This document shows positions 52,300 through 64,000 of a DNA stretch of 64,000 nucleotides, piece after piece; within the stretch, counting starts at the first letter, position 1; every line of letters starts with the position of its first letter. The translations under genes and the position numbers were made by a program. Under the pieces are notes generated by a model. That model made no database searches. It worked only from the letters and a program-made list of their open reading frames with translations, and was not told the DNA's origin. The stretch comes from Nymphaea colorata (lineage: Eukaryota): assembly GCF_008831285.2 (NCBI RefSeq), contig NC_045138.2:18290001-18354000 (forward strand), read 5' to 3'.

Positions 52300-53400
52300 C
52301 TCAGGAGATATTCAACATATAACGAAGAGCAACGATGGAATGATTGACTTGATCAAGGAATATCAACTTGGAGAGCATCGATCATCCATGGGAAATAACA
52401 TTTCTTGCAAAGTATTAGGTATTGGTTCAGTTTGTCTTAATGTGAATGACACACATATAATTTTAGTGGTTGTGTTACCATCAATATGGTACAACTTGGT
52501 GTCCGTACCAGCTCTAATTGAAAAGAGTTTTGAAGTCGCATTCAATCTAGGAAAGGTGAGGATGGGAAAGCACGGTTGGGTCAAGTTTGAAGGTAAATTG
52601 GTTGCTTAAGCCGATCAATTATTTAAAAAATGTGAACCTCGCATATATGCTGAAATGGTTAGAAAACAATTTCAAACAGAAGTCGTAAAAGCCTACAATT
52701 TGTTAGAAATAATTCATACAAATAAATATGAACTTTTAAAAACTCATAAAGGTGTTGCATGTCATTACATTTATTGATGACTTTTCAAGGTATCAATGTA
52801 TATACCGTGCATCAAATAAGTCAGAAGCACTTGATAAATTTAGTATATATCGTCGAGAAGTTAAAAAACAACTAGGTCGAGATATTAAAATTTTGAGATT
52901 TGATCGAGTTGGAACAATATGCTTCTAATGATTTATATACTTATTGCCAAGAGAATGACACTGATAATCAAACATCAACGCCAATAATTCCGTAACAAAA
53001 TGTAATTGCTGAAACAGTAGAACATTTTTAAATATGACCGGATCTACATTATCAAATGCATCTTTGTCTAAAGAATTTTGGGTGAGATTGTTTGCACAAC
53101 TATGCATATTTTAAATAGAGTTCCATGTAAAGTGTCATCTCTACACCATATCAATTATGGATTGACAAAAAACCATATCTAAGTTACCTTCTTTGATGGA
53201 GTTCTATAACTCAGGTAAAACTTGTGAATCCATCAAGAGATAAGTTGATGACAACTCAATCCGATGTACAATCCTTGCATATTTAAATGGATCTAAAAGA
53301 TGTAGGTTTTATCATCCAGATATGGGCTTAATTGAAAGTATAGATGTTGAATTTTTTTAAGAGTTAAATAATGATGATAAAAATCTCATAGTTATTATTA
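52300..53400 (+). mobile_element. Decayed Ty1/copia retrotransposon pol fragment (protease to integrase)
   Basis: MGNNISCKVLGIGSV, NLVSVPAL, LEIIHT, ITFIDDFSRY, KSEALDKF, IKILRFDR, YILNRVPCK spread across frames with stops. No LTRs recognised. Confidence 0.85.
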
Positions 53401-54244
53401 GCCGTGGCCCTTATGATTTAATTGTTGTTAATCTTATTGTTCAATCAAGTAAAGATGAAGCGATCGATAATGAAAATTCTCATTCTTGTCCAACATTTAT
53501 TGGAAATAAGCGACCTAAAAATCCTCCCTCATATTCAGATGACTATGATGTTTATTTCCCATTCTAAATTGTTTTCCAAGGTTTTTAACAATTCTTGATT
53601 AATATGTACATTGTTTTCAATTTTATTTGTAGACCAATATCCTTTTCTTTTTATCTCGATTAATTGATTGGATTAATCAATGTTCTTGTCATAAGAGGGA
53701 GGATTAAATTGAGGGCTTTGGCTCCGAGAATTACTTTAGATTCTCCTAGCACATAAAATCTTCCAAAAAAGTTTTTTGGGAGATTATGGTGGTAGAAAAA
53801 AAATAAGTTGAACAAAATTCGTGTTTGGTATTCAAAGGTGTATTCCCCGGAATAAAGTATACATAAACTAGGAATAAAAAATTAATGGGGTTATTATACG
53901 GACATTAATGGAACCAGGAATTGAATCAGTTAATTTCAACAAAATAGATTGACTATATGACTAATGTGAAGCATCTGTACGTGGCAGGATCTTTACCAAG
54001 TCCATCGTTTAATCTCAAGCCAAAGAACCGATATTCGTAAGAGTCAATATATTCACAACAGCTAATTCCCAAGTTAGACATAGTACAACAAAAGGCTTTC
54101 AAATAAACGAGAAGTTCTTGTAGGAGAAGGGGATAGCACGACCAAGTTCATGTTTCACTTGATTCTCAGGCATTAAAAGCTTGACCAATTTCCCGAACAC
54201 CAAAGATCCTAATACCATCAACAGTGAACTTCCAAGCACGCAAA

Positions 54245-54936
54245 CTAACTTAGATCCGACGAAGCATGGGCTCTGCAGTAGGGGCAGTGGGAGTGAGCAT
54301 TCAACCAAGGACGGAGGCACTCTGCATGATATCTGTGTAAGCATGGCAGATGGATCACTGGCTGCTGCAACTGAAGCTCATCCAAACAGATGGAGCACAC
54401 ATCCCCCTCCGAACCAACTTGGCTTGCAAGGATGGCCGGCCGGAAAATTTCACCGTACTTGCAGCTAGTGGTCTCTCTCCAGCATGTCGCGGGCGAAGGC
54501 TCAGGTGTGGTAGCCTTGTTTTCCCGTCTGAAAATTATGCTCCATCCGCGTTTGGAACTGCAACCAAACATCACTGAAGTTGGATCTTTTTCTTGCATAC
54601 AGATGTCTTGAGAGAGTGGACAGACGAGGAAAAAGGCGGGGGATCGGCTCTGACTAATGTCAACAAAGTCCCCGAGACGATACCGGAATCACCAGGCTAT
54701 AAGAAAGAACGGCAAACTCACCTCGGCTTCAGGCCTCGGAGCTTCTCATCTAGACTACGCCTGGCCCTGAGAGTATTTTCGTCCAGGGAAGATCCGCTGA
54801 CCATTAAGCCTGAAGGGGAGTAGGCGTAGCGATCCAACGGCCAAGTGGATGGCTTCGGCCCGATCGGCTGCTGGTGGTGGCGGCGGCTCGCCCACCTCCG
54901 GCGAGCGAGATGAACTCCCGGCAAAGTGCCTGACAT
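54245..54936 (-). CDS. RING-H2 E3 ubiquitin ligase of the MAGMLPGVE..ARRRR N-terminal type, ~207 aa; exons 54936-54722 and probably 54653-54245
   Basis: MSGTLPGVHLARRR..LDENTLRARRSLDEKLR in exon 1. Complete C3H2C3 finger CSIC..CLHRYHAEC..W..CPYC in exon 2. A 68-nt GT-AG intron keeps frame, but the acceptor is uncertain. Confidence 0.85.
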
Positions 54937-57658
54937 GGTCAAAATTTGCCTGGTAGAGAATTTTCAGAAAGGAAAGGGACAATAATAAAGGGGGATGATA
55001 TCCACTACGTGGAGGGAAGGCAACCAAGCTTCCAAAGAGACCGCTGGCTTTATAATGGTCGATTGGAAGTGGAATAACAAGCAAAACTTCCATTAAACTT
55101 CCATAAAATTGTGGAAACGCCATTTCTTCTGGAATTGACTACTAAGGGGATGATTTAGTTCTCACGTCAAGCACACACAAACACAAATCAACCAGGACAT
55201 ATGATTGATTTACTCTACAAACCAATTCTTAGCTTCTCGATTCGCCTTGCGTAGTTGGTGGCATTCACCCAATCCACGACGGATTAAAAGTGAGATGCAA
55301 CGTATTAATGGTGACAAATGAAACCGTAGTTTAGTGTCAATTGAAGAAAAGGTGAAATCTGCAAAGGAACTAAACCAGACCAAAGCCAAAGTTTAGACGA
55401 TTCATGAGATCATGATGGAGAAAATTCTTCCAGCAAGGAGTATTCATCTGCATATTATATTCATACAGTCATCTAGAAGTATGCCAATCAACTGTGGGCG
55501 AAGATCAGCACACGTTAGCAACAAACTGTATCACCATAGATAGACGGTTCGCGAAACAAGAACAATTTCTCTTCACCATGTTGAGATTACGTCTCAACTA
55601 GAATTTTGAAAACGGATGCAAAATCTCCGAGTAATACCAACAGAAGGGCATGAATCCTCCCTCTTGTCTTGGGCTCGTGTCATCTGACACATAGAAGGAT
55701 AAATGGATATGAATCAAATCTGAAATCATAGATTATACCAAAGTCAGCCAGGTTATGGATTCAAGCCAGGTGGTCCTACCTGAACATTTATACGTTGGTC
55801 ATACCAACATATATGTGCTAGATAATATTAAATTATATACCACATTTTTTGTGTTACCTTTCACTACGCATGTGCGCCACATTTTTCTTAGGGCATCCCG
55901 GGGTTAGAGATGCTTAGTTTCTTCCTGTACAAAATCATATCTGAAGAATGAATAGGTGGATACCAACCAGTCAATTAAAGGTCGGGCCTTCCACCGTCTA
56001 TGGAGCCGGCTAATTATGTTCAAGATCTATATAATAAAATCTTTTCTGGCGTAGTTGGTTGACCTTTGGTTTAAGCCAATCCATTGGTGGCGCTTGAATG
56101 AAAAAGTCCAATTCAAAATTCATGGGAGCCACTCTCTGCGCAACCCAATTAATGATGCCTATGCCTTAGAGGCAAAGAAACTAGCCACGCGGTTTTATGC
56201 AGTCAGATTTGCCACCAAGTGTCTCCACGAAATGTAGGGTCCCTGTCTATCAAAAGAAAGATCTTTGTGTAGAAAATGAGAAATGATCATAAGCTTGATG
56301 CAACATAATGCATCTAGAAGTGGAGAGAGGTAGGTGTTTTGCGCTGCACAAAACATATTTTTTTCTGAAATTTGAGTATCTTTCGTTAGTGTAAATGAAA
56401 TAGCAAAGGACCTTGACAGGAAACATGTTCAGATTTCAGTTTTTTTTAACTCATTTTCCTTTGTCTCAATAATTTTTTTTTTACTTTTTATTTTTGGGTT
56501 GCTTAAAGTAACTAAGTTCCCTTTTTTTTTTTTTTTTGGTACAAAAGTTCCCTTTTCTTTTGTGATAACCAATAAGACATAAACCGTTCAGGTTCTTGTT
56601 CCATGTTCAAATTTGTTGTCTCTGGCTATACTATTATCAAATTTGTTCACGTACCTGCAGTGTCTGAATTAATCGAGATCGCCCTTCCTCTTTCGATTCA
56701 TTCAATTTCTTCTCCTAAATGTGTTCCTTTCTTTTGAAATCCTCTGTCTACGTGACATTAAAATATGATAATCTAAGGTATGTACTCCTGAATTATTCTA
56801 AGGATGATCTCATGATTTGATTCAACTATTCATTTTTCTTCCTTCTCCCTAAGAATGATTCCAACAAATCGAATATGAGTCGTACAAAGATCAAAGTCAC
56901 TTGACTTCACCTCCTACGCCACCTGAAGCAAAGAGCAGCAGGTGGCAGGAAGCTTCAAAGGATGTTAAGATGTCCATCATCAAATTCTCACCTCTCCTAT
57001 GTTTGCATCCATAGCTTTTCTGTAATGTTGTTGGTTTTACACCAAGATCGGACGTATACATTCAAAAACCTTGATGATTTTTATTATGTAAAGAGAAAAA
57101 TTGCTGTAGAGTAAGGTGCCATTAGTGGCGAAAATTTTAAAAACTTGAAAAGGGTTCGGCATAAATCATGGTAAGTGCCCAAATTTCTGCATGTTCTGCA
57201 ATAAAAATACAGAGGTGCTTCTATCGAGCATAAAAACATGTCGGACAGAGGCGGTGTTCGAGTTTCAAGCCTGATGCAGCTTCCTAATTCCATCGATATC
57301 CAGATAAACAACCATTTTTTGGACGAAATAGACAGATCGATATAGAATAGTGAGGAGAGTTTCGTTTCTTGAAAGATTGAGAAACATCCTTTCGAAGTCC
57401 TTCAGTTGCCAACATCTCATCGAAGATACTAAAACAGAGTCAATTGATAGACGGTAAGTTCCGTGAATTTCCAAAGTAAATATATTTACAGTAATTGAGC
57501 TCCCCATATTAGAAGCTACATCAAAAGGCTCTGTAGCTAGTTCTTTTAGGAGTCGGGAAAAGGACGACCAAGTTCATGAAATCCCTTGATTTCTCCGACA
57601 CCAATTTCATGAACAACAACAATTCCCAATATCACAAGCGTTAATCTCCAAACACCTA

Positions 57659-58289
57659 AACTACCACACAACCGATGAAAATGGATCCGCAGTAGAGGCA
57701 ACGAGCTTGAGCATTCAAGAAAGCGCGGAGGCACTCCGTATGCGTCCGTGGAAGCATGGTAGGCGGATCACAGACTGCTGTAAATGAAACCCATCCAAAC
57801 AGGCGGAGCACAGATCCCTCCCTGCACCTACTTGGCTTGAAAGAATCGCAGACCGGAAATTTTCGAGGGTCGTGCTCGGAATGGGCTCTTTCCGGCTTGT
57901 TTCCGGCGGAGGCTCATCCGCTGGGGGCCTGTTTCTCTGGCAGAAAAACGTACTCCATCCGCGTTTGCAGCTGCAACAAAAAGTTACGAAAATGAACACT
58001 CGGGACCTCAGGACCTGGATTTCCGATCAGTACCGGAAAAGACTGTGAGAAGTAGAAAGCGTGAGGGAGAGCGACAAACTCACTTTGGTTTCCGGTTCCA
58101 TAGCTTCTCCTCGAGGTTACGCTTAGCCTTGAGAGTATTTTCATCCAAAGAAGATTCCCCAGCAGTCGCGCCTAACGGGCAGAAGGCGTCGGGATCCATC
58201 CGGCGAGTGGAGGGCTTCGACACGATCTGGTGGTGGTGGCTTGCCCTCCTCCGGCGAGCGACCTCAACTCCAGGCAGCATGCCTGACAT
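57659..58289 (-). pseudogene. Tandem paralog of the RING-H2 gene with a frameshift inside the RING finger
   Basis: Exon 1 MSGMLPGVEVARRRR..LDENTLKAKRNLEEKL (58289-58084). Exon 2 CSACLD..LPCFH then a 1-nt deletion near 57745; HTECL..CLYC continues in another frame. Confidence 0.8.
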
Positions 58290-59189
58290 GGTCGAAAATT
58301 TCCTTCCAAGCAGAATTCTCCGGCGAGGCGAGGGAGAGGGAGAGGAGGTTGGGAAAGTCTCCTACGTTTCTGGGAAGACTGAAACGAGAGAAAAAGGCAG
58401 AAAGTTCGACGAAATTGGGGAAAGTTATAATGAGGTCCGTTTATTTGGTCGTACAGCTGGGACGGGGAGAAATTTCTTCGGTGCTTCCTTAATTCGTTGC
58501 TTTCAGATTATTTAACCAGGAAATTAGAATTTTTCCTATTATTAAAGAAGAACAAAATCTGGTCTAGGGAGTTTAGTCGATTTTTTCTTAAGTTATTAGT
58601 GAAAAAAAAACAAGGGCATAAATGCATTATTTATCGTACGGTTCACGGAGAATGGAAATGTTCTCCTCAGGATAGGATATCTGATCAGAACTGTTTGAAA
58701 AAATTAGATATGAAGGAAAATTTTATGTATGGCTAAGAACAAAATCGGATTTGAATTTAAGAAATGACATCAGAGATAGTAGGTTTTAGGTTCATATTCA
58801 GTTTCAAATCATTAGAATGTTCTACATCTAATATTCATATATTTTGAAAGTAAGTTATTAGGATAATAAGAGGGTTTAGATTTGGTCATGTATTTAAAAC
58901 TCAAATTTGGATTAGATGTTAAAAATAAAATTATGATTCTGATGGGATTTAGATAGTAAACTTAAGCATCGCATTCGGGCTTCAACATGTATGCGGTTCC
59001 CCGTCCTTGTTTTCGCGACTAAGAAATACTCATGTTTGTGTTAGAAAATTCAGATTGTTTGGAAATTCAGTTTTGCAGGACCGATATACGCCGTTTCCAA
59101 CCTCTGTTTCAAAATTACGGGTTTACAAGGTGCAGACTTCCATATATATATATATATATATATCTTTGTTAGACTTTTCATTTCTCTCT

Positions 59190-59235
<46 letters not shown>

Positions 59236-59437
59236 AGTACGAAGACATTAACCGAAGACAGAAACAAAAGACAATAAACGAGGAGAACAAGAAAAGGAGT
59301 GAAATGCTAGTATGAGAAGTGCCAAATGATGTAGTTGTATCTCTAAACCCCCTACTGTGGTACTCCTCCCAAATCTGCCAGTAACTGCTATGTATACCAC
59401 TAAAGCTGAAATTTAGAGTGCAAGGGATAAAAAAAAA

Positions 59438-59644
59438 GGCAGACGAGCGAAGGAAGGGTCAGGAAGGAGATTAGGCAACAAAGGCCAAGAAGTTAAAAGG
59501 ATATGGCGGACCAGCGAAGGAAGGGTCAGGAAGGAGATCAGGCAACAAAGGCTAAGAAGTTAAAAGGATATGGCGGACGAGCGAAGGAAGGGTTAGGAAG
59601 GAGATTAGGCAACAAAGGCCAAGAAGTTAAAAGGATAGGGCGGA
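59438..59644. repeat. 67-bp purine-rich tandem repeat x3
   Basis: ggcggacgagcgaaggaagggtcaggaaggagattaggcaacaaaggccaagaagttaaaaggatat at 59438, 59505, 59572. Confidence 0.95.
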
Positions 59645-62068
59645 AAAAAAGGCAAGAATAGAAAAGGACACATTAATTAGTTCGACTAAAGCCAATGAGC
59701 TAGAGGTAGTCAAAGATCTTGATGTAACTTGCAAGAATAAATCGAAAATCAATAGTACAAGGAGAGACTTGCAAACTAGAGAGCTCAACAAAAAAACCAA
59801 GGCAACAGAATGACCAAGTGAGGCGAAGTAATGAGAGGTGGTGATGAAGGAGTTAGAGGAGTGAAGGCCACTACGGGGTACTTAAAGGCAGAAGGTAGGC
59901 AAAGTAAAGAAAGAAAGACATGAAATCAGTAATACAAAGTCCAAAGATAAAAAGGCGATGAGTGAGAAGGTAGGTCAGGCCAGACAGAGTGGGTGGTAAT
60001 GTCATATTTAGAGTGTATAAAGACAAGAAAAGAAGAATCTAAAGTAGCCAAACACCACAACAAAGAGGACTACAAAGTCAGATTGCTATAACTAAGGTCG
60101 AAAACCACAACACCTCGAGGAGTAACCATGTCCCAACAAACGGGACAATTAGATGGATTGTATCTGTCCCAAAAAAACCAACAAAGAATGCGGTTAAACT
60201 TACAAAAAACTGGAGCAAGAGGCTTGTAGAGAATGCATGGAAATAAATGCACATAGTGGTTAGCCAAAGTGATTTTTACTGGAATGTGAAGTAGTTTACA
60301 AGACGTGTCAGCAAAGAGATGGCGGTGGTGGAAAGAGGGAGATGAGAAGACTAAAATAGTTAGAAAGAATACTAGAAGACTGGAACAAGCCAAAGCAAAA
60401 AGACCAATGTCTGGATCAACATGAAGATCAAAAAGCTAACACTTGGCAAGGAAGGTGGACAGAGTGGTCCATTGGTATGCCTTATGCGAATATTTTGTTT
60501 CTTTTTTACAAATATTATCGAAGCTAATTCACATTAATGGATACCCATTTGTTTTTTCTTAACAACTAAGAATTTGCTACCTTTTTAAGAGTGCACAACT
60601 AAAAAACACAAAACGACTTGAACTTATGTGATATTTAGAGTTAGATATAGAGAAGATGAAGCAAGATCCTTCTTCATAACCAATTTAAATAGAAGCACCT
60701 TAATTCGCAGAACCAATTTAATTATACATATTTGAAGCGAGAACAGCCCTTAAGAATCTTTTTTGGTTGAACCTACAAAATATTGATTTGACACTGAATC
60801 CCTTGAAAATCAATTTCTCGAAGCAGTTGAGAGAGGACCTTAAAAACAGGCCAATGTTTATGTATATTGCTCCTTTAGATCTAACCTAACTCAAAACTAT
60901 AAATGGATCAAATTGGAGGAATCAAGACGAAATGAAATCCATGTCATTTAAAATATGTTCAATGATTGATGGCTTCATTCACACCAACTGAATAGTGTGC
61001 CAAAATGGAAAAACTATTAAGAGTAAGTAACAGAGATATAATAATATTGGTAATGATAATGACAACAATAATAGGTTTGATGAGTGTTTTTCATGTAGTT
61101 CCACCTTATTTGGCAATTTGGTGATGTTCCCGTTTTTCAAATTGATCAAGTTCATTATAGGCCACAGTTGGTGAACTCGTGACTCGGATGAGCATATGAT
61201 GTGGTCATTGGTTCAGCAAGTTGACTCGTCGACTTAGTCGAGTTCTGAAATAACCTGAATCGATGAGTCAAGACGAGTAAAGCCGGGCTGAGTCAAAGGG
61301 TGAGTGGGGTTATATGTATCAAAGTTAGCATCTCTATACACTTACTATTTTACATTATTAAACGATTTGTAACGCATGAATTGATTAGAGGTTAGAATGA
61401 AATGCCCCTAAGCAGTGCTGGGTTTTTAAATGCCCTGCTCCACCAATTATTGGAGATTCCATTGAGTTGAAAGAAACTGGTGAGATTGGCCAGCAACTCC
61501 TTCCTCCTGATTGTCCGCTACAACATTTATTTAGCCATTTTAGTTGACAGCCAATGCCAACCTCAATGCCTCCTTCTTCTCACACCAGCCGCTAGTGGTC
61601 GACGGCGTAGACTTTCGTGACAGTGGAGACATCTCTCATAATAATATGGAGACATGAAACTTGGCACACATCTAAAGAATACTTGCCGTGCTAACTTCAA
61701 TTAGAAGTTCTTGACTCTTGATTTCCAAGACCTTGTCCTTTGGTGGTTGTTAGCTTTAATAGATTGGTAGGTAATATGTGTGTTTACAATCTTTTGATTA
61801 TTTTACACTAAAGGTGATTTTCATTAGGTAAACATTGAAGAGGAAGTGCCAGACCAAGAGTAAATAGTTAAGGAAATGATATCAAAATACATTTATATGC
61901 ACCCCCAAAAAATGGGTTCCTTCCCTCATCAAATGTATGAAAGGAAATATTTACTATGAACAAGAAAACTGGAAAAAGATAAAAATATATCAAAAAATTC
62001 CAATGAGGGGAAGGAGGGATTCCGGTATACACATGGATTACAGATTTACAAGGAGAGGGTGAGTCGAG

Positions 62069-64000
62069 TCACCTGGGTCCGGAAACTTCCGAGCCGCATC
62101 GCGTACAGAACGAGACGGGTTCGGACCCGTCCTCCACCGAACACGCGACCTGGTCGTACCCATAGGCTTCCAGGAACCGCGGCGCCCTCTCAGACTCCAC
62201 CAGCCACAGCGGCGGCGCCTCGACTTCCGCCTCCCCCTCCAGCATCTTCACCACCGTCACCATACACGGCCTTCTGTTCGGCTGCTCCTGGATGCACCAG
62301 AATGCTACTTTGGTCATCCGCTCTGCCTCCTCCATCTCCGTTTCCGTCAACTTCAGCCTCGCGTCCACCACCTCGTTGAACTGCCCCTCCATCGCCTTCA
62401 GCATTGCCCACGCCGGGAAATAGCAGTGCCGTGGGTCCTCGGCTTCCGGCACAAAGTTCCGGCGGCCGGACACCAGTTCCAGCAACACCATCCCGTAGCT
62501 GTACACGTCGCACTTCTTCGTCGCCACCGAGTAGCGGATCCATTCCGGCGCGAGGTATCCTGGCGTGCCGCGAACCGCCGTCACGACCTGCGTCGTCTCG
62601 CCTTCCCCGAGCAGCCGGGACATGCCGAAATCGGAAAGTTTGGCGACGAATCGATCGTCTAGGAGGATGTTCTGAGGCTTGATATCGAGATGCATGATCG
62701 GCTCGCGGCAACCCTCGTGGAGGTAAGCCAAGCCACGAGCCGTGCCGACGGCGACGAAGTGTCTCTGTCTCCAATTTAGCAAACCGGTGCTCGGCTGGTC
62801 TTGTGCTTTAGTGGCGGAGGTCGACGGCCTGGGCTCGAAGAGCCATCTGTCGAGCGAGCCGTTGGGTAGGAGTTCGTAGACGAGGAGCCGGTGCCTGCTG
62901 TCGGCGCAGAAGCCGCGGAGGCGGACCAGGTTTACGTGGGAGATGCTCCCGATCGTGGCGACCTCCGCCCGGAACTGGCGGCTTCCTTGCCGGAGGGTTT
63001 CGAGCTTCTTCACGGCCACCCGCGTGCCGTCGGGCAACGTGCCGCGGAAGACGGTGCCGAAACCGCCGGTGCCGAGCTTCTGGCTGAATCCATTTGTGGC
63101 GTCGCGAAGCGCCGCAAAGGTGAACCTCGGCGGCAGTCCCGGCAGCGTCTTCAGGAATTCCTCCTCTTCCAGTTCGTCCTTGTCCTCCTCGGAGTCCTCT
63201 TCGTCTTTGATGTCAGCGATCGAACTTGCTGCTCTAGGCCGCCAGACACACCGGAAGACTGCGAACACGAGGGCCAAGCAGCCGATGGTAATGCCGATTA
63301 TTGAGAAAACGCTGAGATGGCTACGTGATCGAGCCTGTGTAGCTACTAGAGTGGTGGCATTCTGGACCTTGATTCCAGCATGATATGAATCATTGGCTGC
63401 ATATTTGAGGGTATAGATGTTGCCTGAAACCAGAAAGCATTCGCCGGAGAAGTTTCGGTAGAAGTACGCGCGGCAAGCGCAGGAAGCAGAGCAGAGCGAC
63501 TCACAGGCAGTCACATTTGAAGTGTAATTTTCTGGTGGCTTCAAGTCATTGAGAAAGTAGTCGTAGGCCGGAATACGAATGAAATGGATGGCTGTCTGGC
63601 TACCGGAAGTGCAGTTAATTGCGTTCCTGGGCTTGCAGCCGGCGGTGACGTCGCTGGGGCTAATCTGGTCAAAATGATCGGCGGAATCAACCCCAGGACA
63701 GCTGCATTGCTGGCTCCGGCAGAGCCCATAGGAGCCGCAGAAGGACGGCAAATCACAACTCTGTTGGGGAGACACCAGCTCTCGTTCGGGCCGCCAGTCA
63801 AGCGAAAAATTCGAATTCCATGGCTGCGGCGGCATCAGCGCGTAGGTCCGGAGGTTTCCATCGGCGTCGAGGCGCAAGATCCCCGTGGTCGAGTCGTTGC
63901 GGTCGCCGGAATCGAGGTACGTGGAAGAATTGAGAAAAGAACAGGAAGCGGATGAATTTGATGCCCGGCCTGAGTAGTACAACTCCAACGAGAACCCCGT
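62069..64000 (-). CDS. G-type lectin S-domain receptor-like Ser/Thr kinase (SD2-type), intronless here, 5' end outside the window
   Basis: 639-aa ORF: LRLDADGNLRTY, EGF-like CDLPSFCGSYGLC, PAN CESLCSASCAC, transmembrane helix, LPPRFTF, GTGGFG, VAVKKL, HLDIKPQN, DFG, GTPGYLAPEW. Confidence 0.96.
   Translation of the reverse strand, partial: TGFSLELYYSGRASNSSASCSFLNSSTYLDSGDRNDSTTGILRLDADGNLRTYALMPPQPWNSNFSLDWRPERELVSPQQSCDLPSFCGSYGLCRSQQCSCPGVDSADHFDQISPSDVTAGCKPRNAINCTSGSQTAIHFIRIPAYDYFLNDLKPPENYTSNVTACESLCSASCACRAYFYRNFSGECFLVSGNIYTLKYAANDSYHAGIKVQNATTLVATQARSRSHLSVFSIIGITIGCLALVFAVFRCVWRPRAASSIADIKDEEDSEEDKDELEEEEFLKTLPGLPPRFTFAALRDATNGFSQKLGTGGFGTVFRGTLPDGTRVAVKKLETLRQGSRQFRAEVATIGSISHVNLVRLRGFCADSRHRLLVYELLPNGSLDRWLFEPRPSTSATKAQDQPSTGLLNWRQRHFVAVGTARGLAYLHEGCREPIMHLDIKPQNILLDDRFVAKLSDFGMSRLLGEGETTQVVTAVRGTPGYLAPEWIRYSVATKKCDVYSYGMVLLELVSGRRNFVPEAEDPRHCYFPAWAMLKAMEGQFNEVVDARLKLTETEMEEAERMTKVAFWCIQEQPNRRPCMVTVVKMLEGEAEVEAPPLWLVESERAPRFLEAYGYDQVACSVEDGSEPVSFCTRCGSEVSGPR

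Noticed and set aside
56915..56950. Small stem gccacctg/caggtggc
   Set aside because: Only 8 bp and does not extend; expected by chance.
62059..63955. Plus-strand and alternative-frame ORFs over the kinase
   Set aside because: Shadow ORFs of GC-rich coding sequence.

Overview
Eukaryotic (flowering-plant) nuclear DNA: AT-rich, with GT-AG spliceosomal introns, (TA)n/(GA)n microsatellites and many small transposon remnants. No prokaryotic features or CRISPR. Six apparently intact protein genes could be read by hand: a divergent LIFEGUARD/Bax-inhibitor-1 family gene (+, 4 exons), an ALIS/CDC50 flippase subunit (-, 8 exons), a PITH-domain protein (-, 8 exons), a secreted two-EGF-like-module protein (-, 6 exons), a RING-H2 E3 ligase (-, 2 exons) with a frameshifted tandem paralog, and the 3' part of an intronless S-domain (SD2-type) receptor kinase that runs off the window end. 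A decayed Ty1/copia pol fragment, several MITEs and minisatellites are also present. The most striking region is about 44.2-51.7 kb. Here a dead WAT1-related/UMAMIT (nodulin MtN21) gene has become a cluster of five fold-back structures: a near-perfect ~165-bp-arm inverted repeat, an 18-bp mini-hairpin, a ~285-bp-arm inverted duplication of the WAT1 5' exons, a 345-bp-arm inverted repeat, and, in a duplicated copy of the locus, a perfect 52-bp stem with a 9-nt loop covering the conserved AMISLQFGYAGMNII coding motif. This looks like a young hairpin-RNA/proto-MIRNA cluster caught at two evolutionary stages, with UMAMIT transporters as predicted targets. Expression and function are inferred, not shown.
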